Of a stretch of DNA of 64,000 bases, positions 40,322 to 50,278 are shown piece by piece. The first letter of the stretch is position 1; each line of letters begins with the position of its first letter. The DNA is from Escherichia coli (GTDB taxonomy: Bacteria > Pseudomonadota > Gammaproteobacteria > Enterobacterales > Enterobacteriaceae), in NCBI RefSeq assembly GCF_003018235.1, contig NZ_CP027437.1. One strand, written 5' to 3'. Under the pieces are notes generated by a model. The model ran no database searches and was not told the DNA's origin. It saw only the letters and a list, made by a program, of their open reading frames with translations. The translations under genes and the position numbers were made by a program.

Positions 40322-42349
40322 ATGGCATTTAAACACTACGATCTGGTCTCTGCCAGCAGCGGTGATGAACTGCAAAAGAAACTGACAGAAAAAATAAATG
40401 AAGGGTGGCAGCCATACGGTTCGCCGCTTGTTTCGTATGACGATAACGGGATGAAAATTATTCAGGCCATTGCAGCAGAGGGTGATGTCAGGATCCCGGT
40501 TGAAACGCCTGATGATGGTGGTGATTCACCGGTCACAATGACCTCCGGTGCACCTGATTATTATTATGTTGTTGTGCTTGCCGGACAGTCCAACGGCATG
40601 GCCTACGGTGAGGGGCTTCCGTTACCGGACTCTTATGACCGCCCGGACCCGCGCATTAAACAGCTGGCACGCCGCAGTACAGTGACGCCGGGTGGGGACG
40701 CCTGTGCATACAATGATGTGATTCCGGCTGACCATTGTCTGCATGATGTACAGGATATGAGCGGTGTTAATCATCCGAAAGCGGACCTGAATAAGGGGCA
40801 GTATGGCTGTGTCAGTCAGGGGCTGCATATTGCCAAAAAACTGCTGTCGTATATCCCGCAGAATGCAGGGATACTTCTGGTGCCCTGCTGCCGTGGTGGT
40901 TCTGCATTCACCACCGGGGCTGACGGCACATTCAGTGAGGTCACCGGCGCATCCGCTGACGCTGCACGCTGGGGTGCCGGTAAACCCCTGTATCAGGACA
41001 TGGTCAGCCGGACAAAAGCGGCGCTGGCCAAGAACCCGAAAAACAGGCTGCTGGCGGTGGTATGGATGCAGGGCGAGGCAGACCTTGCGTCAGGCAGTCA
41101 GCAGCATAACGGGTTATTCACGGCCATGGTTCAGCAGTTCCGGACTGACCTGTCCTCACTTGCTGCGCAGTGCGTGAGTGGCAATGCTGCCACGGTGCCG
41201 TGGATTTGTGGTGATACCACGTATTACTGGAAGGCCACTTATGGCACACAGTATGAAGCCATTTATGGAGCCTATAAGAATCTGTCCGCACAGAATATTT
41301 TCTTTGTACCGTTCCTGACAGATGAAAACGGCGCAAACACGCCAACGAACCAGCCAGCGGAAGACCCGGATATTGTGGCTGTGGGGTATTACGGTGCGGC
41401 ATCACGAACACAGGCGAACTGGACGACAGCGCAACGTGACAGCCATTTCAGCACCTGGGCGCGTCGCGGCATCATTTCTGACCGCCTTGCGTCAGCTATT
41501 CTGGTGCACGCGGGACGTACGTCAGGTTTCATTACCGGTGAAGTTTCTTCTCCGGACACTGCATCCGGTGACGGTGGTTCGTCCACTGATGCGGGTACGG
41601 ATGCGGGGACCGGCACTTCCGGAACAGGAAGTGATGACGCTACCGGAACGACACCAGCCACCGCTGCCATTATTCTGAGTGCAGACGGAGGGGATGTTTC
41701 GGCACAGGGCTGGACGGTGGAAGGCACCACGGTGACCACCACGGCAAACACGGTGACTTCATCGGGTGAGGCGCTGGCGCAGAATGTGCTGAGTGTTCCG
41801 AAACAGAGCGGGGCAGCATGGAAGCTTGTTCATACCACCACAGATGAGCCAGCGGAACTGCTGAACAATGGCGGTGAGTTCCTGTGTCGTTTCCGTATCA
41901 CGGATACTGCCATTGCTGAGGGGCGTTATGCCTTTGGTCTTTACTGGCTTCCGGACGCACAGAAGATACCAGCCGGTGCGACATTCAATAAAACAGGAAG
42001 CGGGATGTCCCCGTCCATGCTCAACTTCTATGTCCAGACGGATGGCAGCAACATAAACCTGTTATCACACTGCAGTACGAAGAGTGCAGGGAATCTGAAG
42101 ATTGGCTCATTCGGTGCATTTAACAATGAATGGCATACCTTCCGTCTTCGCTACCATGGTGGCAATACGGCAAGAGCAACGGTGACGCTGGACAGTCAGG
42201 TGGTGGGAGATATAACGCTGTTATGTGCGCCGTCAGCGGCCAGTGCCGGTGACACTCTGTCGATGATAAGTATCACATCGGGTGATACATACAGTATTGA
42301 AGTGGAAAGCCTGAGTGTGACGGTGAACGGGGCTGCGGCAGCGGCGTGA
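40322..42349 (+). CDS. Prophage-type sialate O-acetylesterase-like protein (nanS-p-like)
   Basis: GGGGAGG SD; N-terminal MAFKHYDLV... domain then VVLAGQSNGMAYGEG esterase-like segment; located between tRNAs and holin as in Stx-type lambdoid prophages (recollection). Confidence 0.55.
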   Translation: MAFKHYDLVSASSGDELQKKLTEKINEGWQPYGSPLVSYDDNGMKIIQAIAAEGDVRIPVETPDDGGDSPVTMTSGAPDYYYVVVLAGQSNGMAYGEGLPLPDSYDRPDPRIKQLARRSTVTPGGDACAYNDVIPADHCLHDVQDMSGVNHPKADLNKGQYGCVSQGLHIAKKLLSYIPQNAGILLVPCCRGGSAFTTGADGTFSEVTGASADAARWGAGKPLYQDMVSRTKAALAKNPKNRLLAVVWMQGEADLASGSQQHNGLFTAMVQQFRTDLSSLAAQCVSGNAATVPWICGDTTYYWKATYGTQYEAIYGAYKNLSAQNIFFVPFLTDENGANTPTNQPAEDPDIVAVGYYGAASRTQANWTTAQRDSHFSTWARRGIISDRLASAILVHAGRTSGFITGEVSSPDTASGDGGSSTDAGTDAGTGTSGTGSDDATGTTPATAAIILSADGGDVSAQGWTVEGTTVTTTANTVTSSGEALAQNVLSVPKQSGAAWKLVHTTTDEPAELLNNGGEFLCRFRITDTAIAEGRYAFGLYWLPDAQKIPAGATFNKTGSGMSPSMLNFYVQTDGSNINLLSHCSTKSAGNLKIGSFGAFNNEWHTFRLRYHGGNTARATVTLDSQVVGDITLLCAPSAASAGDTLSMISITSGDTYSIEVESLSVTVNGAAAAA

Positions 42350-42689
42350 GGATAAAAAAAGCTGCCGTGGAAAGTGTCCTGAACCGGCAGCAAGGTCAAA
42401 TGATGGATATACCAATAAGGTTTAATAGGCGCAGATATTTCTAACCGGAAGGCACTTAACGGTCAATAATGGAGGTTGGTAATGACATTTATACAACTGA
42501 TACTGCTATATTTCTGCACGGTGGTCTGTGCGTTATATCTGGTGAGCGGTGGCTATAAAGCCATCAGAAATTATGTCCGCCGAAAAATTGATGATGCAGC
42601 GGCTGAGAAGCTCAGCAGAACAACACAGGCTGCCTCATCCCCGAACGAACCAACCCTTCCACAGTAACGTCTCTCAGCGGGAAAATACC

Positions 42690-43025
42690 ATGACAGAACT
42701 GAACAAACTGGTCACTGCAGATGCAGTGAAGGCCGCACTGCGCTCTGAAGAAGTGCGGGGAAAACTGAAGGAAACCATCCGCAAAACGTTTGAGGCACAG
42801 ATTGATGCGGATGTGGAAGCGGTGCTGGATGAGCTTATCGGGCCTGCGGAAGCTCAGCCGGGAGCACCGGCCGGAGAGGATGCGCAGGCGGATGACACGT
42901 CAGCGGAAAACGGTGCGGCACAACCGGAACCTGAATCAGGAACCGAAGCTCAACCGGACGCTGCTTCCGGAACAGGAACGCAACCGGAGGGTACCCCGGA
43001 GCCGGAACCGGCGACGTTGCTGTAA
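42690..43025 (+). CDS. Hypothetical acidic protein
   Basis: [32 protein letters not shown]...; Ala/Glu/Pro-rich tail. Confidence 0.4.
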   Translation: MTELNKLVTADAVKAALRSEEVRGKLKETIRKTFEAQIDADVEAVLDELIGPAEAQPGAPAGEDAQADDTSAENGAAQPEPESGTEAQPDAASGTGTQPEGTPEPEPATLL

Positions 43026-43038
43026 CACCTCATACTCA

Positions 43039-43066
43039 GGCCACCAGCATACAGCGGTGGCCTTTT
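43039..43066 (+). terminator. Rho-independent terminator upstream of lysis genes
   Basis: GGCCACC-N10-GGTGGCC followed by TTTT. Confidence 0.5.
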
Positions 43067-43102
43067 GTTATCGTGCGCTTCCGGAGAACGGGAGACGGGG
43101 AT

Positions 43103-43318
43103 ATGTACCAGATGGAAAAAATCACAACAGGGGTGTCATACACCACGTCAGCGGCGGGAACGGGATACTGGTTACTGCAGCTGCTGGACAGGGTCTCCCC
43201 GTCCCAGTGGGCGGCGATAGGCGTGCTGGGGAGTCTGCTGTTTGGTCTGCTGACGTACCTGACGAACCTGTATTTTAAAATCAGAGAGGACCGTCGTAAG
43301 GCGGCGCGGGGAGAATAA
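43103..43318 (+). CDS. S: Holin, phage-21 S-type (pinholin-like), dual-start motif
   Basis: [71 protein letters not shown]; two TM segments; Met1 and Met4 starts. Confidence 0.85.
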   Translation: MYQMEKITTGVSYTTSAAGTGYWLLQLLDRVSPSQWAAIGVLGSLLFGLLTYLTNLYFKIREDRRKAARGE

Positions 43319-43321
43319 ATA

Positions 43322-43953
43322 ATGAACCATGAAGAAATGAATCAGCGCTTCAGTCGCCTGGAAAATGAAATTGCCGGACTGAATAAAAAACTGTCGGCGC
43401 TGGTGACTTCTGAAGATGAAAAAAAAAACGCCGCGATGAACAGGAGGCGGCGTTTTATGATTATTGCATCAAAGTTGCCCGCAGGACCTTTGCGAATTTT
43501 TTGCAGGAAAAGCTATCACCGACCACATCGTCAGAAAAGTACTCCATTACGGTTGAAAGTGCCGGAGAGGAAGGCAATAAACGTTATTTTATTGCGTCTG
43601 CACCGGATAAAGACGAGGAACCCCGTCGGCCTTTCAGGGTTTCCTATGAAGAGGGGGAGTTCGTCGTTTATGAGAACGGAAAACCTGTCCGGGCATCGCA
43701 TCATCACTGCCTGAAAATTATTGATCTCGCTATTGGATGCCTGAAAGACGAAAACACCAGGGTTATGAAACGCATTGGCCGTTGCATGGGGTATCTGCAG
43801 GTGGCGGCAGAGATTGAAGCACTTGACAGTGGTGCTGACAGGGATACAGCGGTGCGGGAGTTCCTTCTTCGTGATTTCAATACCACGCCCTTTAAAAAAG
43901 TGCCTTATGACTGGATCCAGCCGGGCCTGACTTATCTCAAAGGGCGTATATGA
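43322..43953 (+). CDS. Hypothetical protein interrupted by a frameshift at an A10 tract (43419-43428)
   Basis: Frame 2 (43322-) and frame 1 (-43953) both look coding and would fuse into one ~210-aa protein with one extra A; starts 4 nt after the holin stop. Confidence 0.4.
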
Positions 43954-43995
43954 GTTGGCATGTTATCTGTGGCCGATAAATCCTGATAAATATCC

Positions 43996-44529
43996 ATGAA
44001 CGCAAAAATCAGATACGGCCTGTCGGCTGCCGTTCTGGCGCTGATTGCCGCAGGGGCTTCTGCGCCAGAAATCCTTGACCAGTTTCTGAATGAAAAAGAA
44101 GGTAATCACACCACGGCATACCGTGATGGTGCGGGTATCTGGACCATCTGCCGTGGTGCCATTCTGGTGGACGGTAAGCCTGTTGTTCCCGGCATGAAGT
44201 TGTCGAGGGAAAAATGCGACCAGGTTAACGCCATCGAACGTGACAGGGCGCTGGCATGGGTGGAGAAAAACATCAAAGTGCCGCTGACCGAACCGCAGAA
44301 AGCGGGGATTGCGTCATTCTGCCCGTACAACATCGGTCCTTCGAAATGCTTCACCTCAACGTTTTACCGGAGACTGAACGCCGGAGACCGTAAGGGGGCA
44401 TGTGCTGAAATCCGTCGGTGGATATATGACGGTGGCAGGGACTGCCGTATCCGCTCAAACAACTGCTACGGTCAGGTATCCCGGCGTGACCAGGAGAGTG
44501 CGCTGGCGTGCTGGGGTATCGACAGATAA
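43996..44529 (+). CDS. R: SAR endolysin (T4-lysozyme-like muramidase)
   Basis: Gly/Ala-rich N-terminal SAR segment GLSAAVLALIAAGASA; catalytic E-x8-D-x5-T (EGNHTTAYRDGAGIWT). Confidence 0.9.
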   Translation: MNAKIRYGLSAAVLALIAAGASAPEILDQFLNEKEGNHTTAYRDGAGIWTICRGAILVDGKPVVPGMKLSREKCDQVNAIERDRALAWVEKNIKVPLTEPQKAGIASFCPYNIGPSKCFTSTFYRRLNAGDRKGACAEIRRWIYDGGRDCRIRSNNCYGQVSRRDQESALACWGIDR

Positions 44530-44864
44530 GCAGAATATTTTGCTGAAAAATGAGATTTTCCCACGCGTCCGGAAAACACAAAATCCTTCATAAAGGTATT
44601 TCAGTAGTGAATAAAAGTAAAAACCCCGATTGCGCTAACAGTCGGGGTTTTGTGTTTCTGACCTTGAATAAGGCAAGGGAGAAATTATCAGGTAGGGAGG
44701 TGCTTTCCCTGTGAGGAAGTATAAAAGATTCTTTCTGAGGTTGTCCATTATGAAAGGCATTGAAGTGGAGACGCCAGCCAGTCTGGATTTAACAAGAGCA
44801 GCAGCCTTTGCCATTCGTATTGTGGCAATTGCCATACTGGTCTGGGCAATCCGCTGGTGGTGAT

Positions 44865-45332
44865 ATGAACCGTGTTCTGTATGTGTTGATTATTGTCCTG
44901 CTGGTGGCCTGCGGTGCGCTGTGGCTGGCAACAGACCATTACCGCGATAATGCCATCACTTACAAAGCGCAGCGCGATAAAAAAGTCAGAGAACTGAAGC
45001 TGGCTGACGCCACCATTACTGACATGCAGCAGCGCCAGCGTGATGTTGCTGCACTCGATGCAAAATACACAAAGGAGTTAGCCGATGCGAGAGCTGAAAA
45101 TGAAACTCTGCGCGCTGATGTTGCTGCTGGTCGTAAGCGCCTGCGTGTCAACGCCACCTGTGTGTCCGCCACAGACAAAGCCACCGGCACCGCCCGCGTG
45201 GGTAATGCTGCCCGCCCCAGACTGGCAGACGCCGCTCAACGGTATTATTTCACCCTCAGAGAGCGGCTGATGACGATGCAGAAGCAACTGGAAGGGGCAC
45301 AGGAATATATCAGGACGCAATGCGTGAAATAG
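44865..45332 (+). CDS. Rz: i-spanin Rz
   Basis: N-terminal TM then coiled coil; close to lambda Rz as I recall ([16 protein letters not shown]..). Confidence 0.85.
   Translation: MNRVLYVLIIVLLVACGALWLATDHYRDNAITYKAQRDKKVRELKLADATITDMQQRQRDVAALDAKYTKELADARAENETLRADVAAGRKRLRVNATCVSATDKATGTARVGNAARPRLADAAQRYYFTLRERLMTMQKQLEGAQEYIRTQCVK
45085..45270 (+). CDS. Rz1: o-spanin Rz1 lipoprotein, embedded in Rz in another frame
   Basis: AAGGAG SD; lipobox LLLVVSAC; Pro-rich; ends ...[10 protein letters not shown] like lambda Rz1. Confidence 0.85.
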   Translation: MRELKMKLCALMLLLVVSACVSTPPVCPPQTKPPAPPAWVMLPAPDWQTPLNGIISPSESG

Positions 45333-45764
45333 GTTTTCTCAGTGCGTTGTATCGTCGCCGTATTCCCGCATTAACAGAGACCGCAGCCCGACGGGGAGAC
45401 TCCTCTGCGCGAGTGTGCGGGAATAATCAGAAACGATGCACACCGGGTTTTGCCGCGTAAACAGGACGCGGACTGCACCCACATGGTCGCCTGTCCGGTG
45501 CGATGGTGGAAGAAACCGGAACACTCAGTACTCACCTGGAATAAAAAAAGCCGCAGGTGGTATGCGGCATAAAATGGCACGAATTAGTGGATGTTTCTTT
45601 TTTCGTTTGTATTTTTATCTGATTTCCTGAGGTGTAATCAATTCGAAAAATACGTGAGAACAGAGCGTGTATTTTCGACCTTTTTTTGCTGGAAGAAACC
45701 TGATGTAAACACAATTGATAATTATTATCATTTGTGGGGTCCTCCTGGCGGGGTTGGCCTGTCC

Positions 45765-45785
45765 ACGGGGCGGGTCGGCGCGGAA
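45765..45785. other. Putative cosN (cohesive-end site)
   Basis: ACGGGGCGGGTCGGCGCGG resembles lambda cosN ACGGGGCGGCGACCTCGCGG; about 200 bp upstream of the small terminase start, as in lambda. Confidence 0.35.
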
Positions 45786-45970
45786 AAAGGCGCATTTTTG
45801 TGATTTTATCGTCATCATCATCATGTGTTTAACGTATTGATTTTAAGTGAATTCATCCTGAAAAGATGATGATTGTGGTTAATTTTTGTTCGACATCTTT
45901 GTGTGGCGCTGTTTCTTTACAAAAAAAACAGAGTCACTTCTGTTTTGCGGTATTTGTGGAGGAGGAATAA

Positions 45971-46447
45971 ATGGACGGCGAGCTGAAAAATATGAAGTTC
46001 AATATTAATCAACTGGCATTCCTTTCAGGCCTGCACCGGCAGACTGTTGCCGCCAGAATGGCGGATGTTCCTCTTGCGCCAGGCAGTAATGAAAAGAAAA
46101 AACTTTATCTCCTGACGGATTTGATTAGTTCGTTACTGGAAAAACCACCCTCTTCCGAAGATGAGGAGATGGATCCACACGATCGCAAGGCATGGTATCA
46201 GTCCGAGCGCGAGCGCCTTAAATTTCAGCATGAAACTGTTCAGCTTGTGCCCGTCAGTGATGTCAGGCGGTCGTTTTCCGTCGTGGTGAAAGCCATTGTG
46301 CAGATACTGGAAACCTGGCCTGACAGGCTGGAAAGGGACAGGGGGTGGACTGCATCACAACTGAACGAAGTGCAGATCGTTGTTGATGAGATCCGTGACA
46401 CGCTGGAAAAGGCAGTGATTGCCTGCTGTGATGAGGCCGATATGTGA
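45971..46447 (+). CDS. Terminase small subunit (Nu1-like, N-terminal wHTH)
   Basis: GGAGGAGG SD; MKFNINQLAFLSGLHRQTVAARM resembles the lambda Nu1 N-terminus; precedes large terminase. Confidence 0.7.
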   Translation: MDGELKNMKFNINQLAFLSGLHRQTVAARMADVPLAPGSNEKKKLYLLTDLISSLLEKPPSSEDEEMDPHDRKAWYQSERERLKFQHETVQLVPVSDVRRSFSVVVKAIVQILETWPDRLERDRGWTASQLNEVQIVVDEIRDTLEKAVIACCDEADM

Positions 46448-48567
46448 ATCAGGTGAACGAGAGCCACAGCCGCGCATCAGATATCTGGCGCGAAGTGGCC
46501 TCACTGTTTCGCCCACCAGGCCGGTTACCTGTGGCGGAAGCCATCAGGCGTTACATGCGGGTACCACGGGGAGCCAATACTTCCGGTCCGTGGGAGTCAT
46601 CGCTGACGCCCTACATGATTGACCCCATTAATACATTATCAGCCCGTGAATATGACGCGGTGGTGTTTGTGGGACCGGCGCGAACCGGGAAAACCGAAGG
46701 GCTGATTGATGGCTGGATTGTGTATGGCATTATCTGCGATCCGGCGGATATGCTGGTGGTGCAGATGACCGAAACAAAGGCGCGGGAGCATTCCAGAACG
46801 CGTCTTTCCAGGACATTTCGTCACAGTCCGGAGGTCAGTAAACGCCTCAGCCCTTCCCGTAATGACAACAACGTCCACGATAAAATGTTTCTTGACGGCT
46901 CCTTTCTGAAAATTGGCTGGCCGTCGATCACCGTATTTTCCTCCTCAGATTACCGCCGGGTGGCGCTGACGGACTATGACCGTTTTCCTGAGAACGTCGA
47001 CGGTGAAGGGGATGCCTTCACGCTGGCATCAAAGCGTACCACCACCTTTATGTCCTCAGGGATGACCCTGGTCGAAAGTTCACCCGGGCGGGATATCACC
47101 GACACCAAATGGCGATGTGGTGGTGCACATGAGGCTCCGCCAACAACGGGGATCCTGTCGCTGTATAACCGGGGAGACCGCCGCCGGTGGTACTGGCCGT
47201 GTCCGCACTGCGGGGAATATTTTCAGCCGGTGATGGATAACATGACCGGTTACCGTAATAACCCAGATTTTGTGGCTGCGGGTCAGGCTGCCCGTCTGAT
47301 GTGTCCGCACTGTCGCGGGCTGATTGCTCCGGAACAGAAACGCGAACTGAATAACAGGGGGATCTGGCTGCGGGAAGGTGAACGGGCGGCGGCGGACGGC
47401 AGCATCACCGGAACGCCACGAAATTCCAGGATTGCGTCATTCTGGATGGAGGGTCCGGCTGCGGCGTTTCAGACCTGGGAACAACTGATTTTTAAGCTGC
47501 TGGCGGCAGAAGAAGAGTATGAGCGAACCGGCAGTGAAGAGACCCTGAAAGCGGTGGTGAATACCGATATCGGACGGCCTTATCTGCCCCGTTCAGCCAC
47601 GGAACAGCGTAAAAGTGAACTGCTTGAACAGCGTGCTGAGCCGGTTCCCCGGCGGTGTGTGCCGGATGGGGTGCGCTTCATTGAGGCAACGGTTGACGTA
47701 CAGGGCGGTAAAAACCGCCGGTTTGTGGTGCAGATCACCGGATATGGAGAGCAGGGGGAACGCTGGATTGTTGATCGCTACAACATCCGGCAATCACTGC
47801 GATGCAGTCCCGGTGGTGAGAGCCTGCCGGTTGATCCGGCGGCCTATCCGGAAGACTGGGAACTGTTGCTGACAGATGTGTTTCACAAAACCTGGCCGCT
47901 GGCGTCTGATCCGGATGTGCATATGCGGCTCATGGCGATGGCCGTGGATACGGGCGGTGAAGCCGGGGTGACGGATAACGCCTATCGTTTCTGGCGGCAG
48001 TGCCGCCGGGAAGGGCTGGGTAACCGGGTGTTTCTGTTCAAGGGGGATGGTCTTCGTCGCGACAGACTGATTAACCGGACATTCCCGGATAACACCGGCA
48101 GAAGCGCCCGCCGGGCCAGGGCGAGCGGTGACGTTGCCCTGTGGCTGGTACAGACCGATGCGTTTAAGGACCGGGTGAATAATGCGCTGTGGCGTGACAC
48201 ACCGGGGCCGAACTATATCCACTTTCCTGACTGGCTGGGACGGTGGTTTTTCGATGAGCTGACCTATGAGGAGCGCGGCAGTGACGGAAAATGGCGAAAA
48301 CCGGGCAGAGGCGCTAACGAAGCGTTTGACCTGCTGGTCTATGCGGATGCGCTTGCCGTTCTGCATGGCTACGAGAAGATACGCTGGCCGTCTGCACCGG
48401 ACTGGGCGCAGCGGGAAACATGGCTTGTCGGTCCGGAGGAGCGTTCAGGGCTGACAACATCACGGGCGCTGCCGGAAAGGAAAGAAAAACGCCGTCGCAG
48501 GCAGGAAAAACTGCGCGCAGAGCGGGCAGAGGATAATCCGTGGATAACATCAGGAGGCTGGTTGTGA
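46444..48567 (+). CDS. Terminase large subunit (lambda gpA family)
   Basis: 707 aa; Walker A-like GPARTGKT; CPHCGEYF zinc motif as in lambda A. Confidence 0.9.
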   Translation: MNQVNESHSRASDIWREVASLFRPPGRLPVAEAIRRYMRVPRGANTSGPWESSLTPYMIDPINTLSAREYDAVVFVGPARTGKTEGLIDGWIVYGIICDPADMLVVQMTETKAREHSRTRLSRTFRHSPEVSKRLSPSRNDNNVHDKMFLDGSFLKIGWPSITVFSSSDYRRVALTDYDRFPENVDGEGDAFTLASKRTTTFMSSGMTLVESSPGRDITDTKWRCGGAHEAPPTTGILSLYNRGDRRRWYWPCPHCGEYFQPVMDNMTGYRNNPDFVAAGQAARLMCPHCRGLIAPEQKRELNNRGIWLREGERAAADGSITGTPRNSRIASFWMEGPAAAFQTWEQLIFKLLAAEEEYERTGSEETLKAVVNTDIGRPYLPRSATEQRKSELLEQRAEPVPRRCVPDGVRFIEATVDVQGGKNRRFVVQITGYGEQGERWIVDRYNIRQSLRCSPGGESLPVDPAAYPEDWELLLTDVFHKTWPLASDPDVHMRLMAMAVDTGGEAGVTDNAYRFWRQCRREGLGNRVFLFKGDGLRRDRLINRTFPDNTGRSARRARASGDVALWLVQTDAFKDRVNNALWRDTPGPNYIHFPDWLGRWFFDELTYEERGSDGKWRKPGRGANEAFDLLVYADALAVLHGYEKIRWPSAPDWAQRETWLVGPEERSGLTTSRALPERKEKRRRRQEKLRAERAEDNPWITSGGWL

Positions 48568-48776
48568 GTATTGATGATGTCAGGAACATGATACAGCGGT
48601 ACCGCGATGCGGAAATGGCGGTACTGGAAGGAAAATCCGTCACATTTAACGGGCAGCAACTGACGCTGGAAAGTCTGTCCCAGATCCGCGCCGGTCGGCA
48701 GGAGTGGGAGCGAAGACTTACGGCGATGGAGAACCGCAGACGGGGGAGTCCGGGGTTTAAACTGGTGAGGTTCTGA
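48564..48776 (+). CDS. W: Head-tail joining protein gpW-like
   Basis: ~70 aa ending ...RRRGSPGF, similar to the lambda W C-terminus; GTG start overlapping terminase stop. Confidence 0.7.
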   Translation: MSIDDVRNMIQRYRDAEMAVLEGKSVTFNGQQLTLESLSQIRAGRQEWERRLTAMENRRRGSPGFKLVRF

Positions 48777-50278
48777 TGGCGATTAGTGATGATGTGATTG
48801 GTTTTTTCTCGCCCGGCTGGAAAGCGGCGCGATTACGCTCAAGGGCGTTAATTATGGCCTATGAGGCCGTGAAACCCACCCGCACGCACAAAGCCCGGCG
48901 GGAAAACCGTTCTGCCGATCAGCTCAGTAAATACGGTGCGGTTTCCCTGCGCGAGCAGGCCCGCTTTCTGGATATCAATCATGACCTGGTGATAGGCGTG
49001 TTTGACAAGCTGGAGGAGCGGGTGATTGGCGCCAGGGGGATCACCGTTGAACCTCATCCGGTGCTGAAAAACGGGAAGATTGCGGCGGAGCTGGCAGCGG
49101 ATATCCGGCGGCTGTGGGCGGAATGGTCTGTCAGTCCGGATGTGACCGGACAGTACACCCGTCCCATGCTTGAACGTCTGCTGCTGCGCACCTGGCTGCG
49201 GGACGGGGAAGTGTTTGCGCAGATGGTCAGTGGTGCGGCAGGCGGTCTTAAGCGGTCTGCCGGTGTGCCTTTCTGGCTTGAGGCGATGGAGCCGGATTTT
49301 GTGCCCATGCGCAGTGATGAATCTGCCGGACTGAATCAGGGCGTTTTTCTGGATGAGTGGGGCAGGCCGAAAAAATATCTGGTTTACAAAAATTATCCGG
49401 TTTCCGGGATACAGAGTGATACCAAAGAGATCGCCGCAGACAATATGGTGCACCTGAAGTTCACCCGTCGCCTGCACCAGACGCGTGGCACATCCATGCT
49501 GTCAGGGGTGCTGATGCGGATCAGTGCGCTTAAGGAATATGAAGACGCCGAGCTGACTTCGGCACGTGTTGCGGCGGCGCTGGGGCTGTATATCCGTAAA
49601 GGGGACGGACAGGACTATGAAGATCCGGGGGTGAAAGACAACGAACGTGAAGTGCATATCACCCCGGGCATTATCTATGACGATTTGCGCAAGGGTGAGG
49701 ATATCGGCATGGTCAAATCAGACCGTCCGAATCCCAATCTTGAGAATTTTCGTAACGGCCAGCTGCGTGCGGTGGCGGCAGGCAGTCGTCTGAGCTTTTC
49801 CAGTGCGGCGCGCAACTACAACGGCACCTACAGTGCCCAGCGGCAGGAGCTGGTGGAGTCCACCGATGGTTATTTTATCCTTCAGGACTGCTTTATTGGC
49901 GCGGTAACCCGTCCGGTATACCGGGCATGGCTGAATATGGCGGTTGCGGCAGGTCTGCTGAAAATCCCGACTGGCCTGGATATGAAGACGTTATATAACG
50001 CGACGTATTCCGGTCCGGTGATGCCGTGGATTGACCCGGTTAAGGAAGCTGAAGCCTGGCGGATACAGATCAGGGGTGGTGCCGCGACGGAATCCGACTG
50101 GATCCGCGCAAGCGGGCGCAACCCGGATGAGGTCAAACGTCGCCGTAAGGCTGAAACTGATGAAAACCGCAGGCTGGGGCTGGTCTTTGATACTGACCCC
50201 GTCAACGACAAAGGAGGCAACAGTGCCGGAACTGAACAACAGCGTCAGCAGGCCACCGACAGCCAGCATGAAGAATAA
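48776..50278 (+). CDS. B: Portal protein (lambda B family)
   Basis: 500 aa; position between W and the protease/capsid gene. Confidence 0.85.
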   Translation: MAISDDVIGFFSPGWKAARLRSRALIMAYEAVKPTRTHKARRENRSADQLSKYGAVSLREQARFLDINHDLVIGVFDKLEERVIGARGITVEPHPVLKNGKIAAELAADIRRLWAEWSVSPDVTGQYTRPMLERLLLRTWLRDGEVFAQMVSGAAGGLKRSAGVPFWLEAMEPDFVPMRSDESAGLNQGVFLDEWGRPKKYLVYKNYPVSGIQSDTKEIAADNMVHLKFTRRLHQTRGTSMLSGVLMRISALKEYEDAELTSARVAAALGLYIRKGDGQDYEDPGVKDNEREVHITPGIIYDDLRKGEDIGMVKSDRPNPNLENFRNGQLRAVAAGSRLSFSSAARNYNGTYSAQRQELVESTDGYFILQDCFIGAVTRPVYRAWLNMAVAAGLLKIPTGLDMKTLYNATYSGPVMPWIDPVKEAEAWRIQIRGGAATESDWIRASGRNPDEVKRRRKAETDENRRLGLVFDTDPVNDKGGNSAGTEQQRQQATDSQHEE

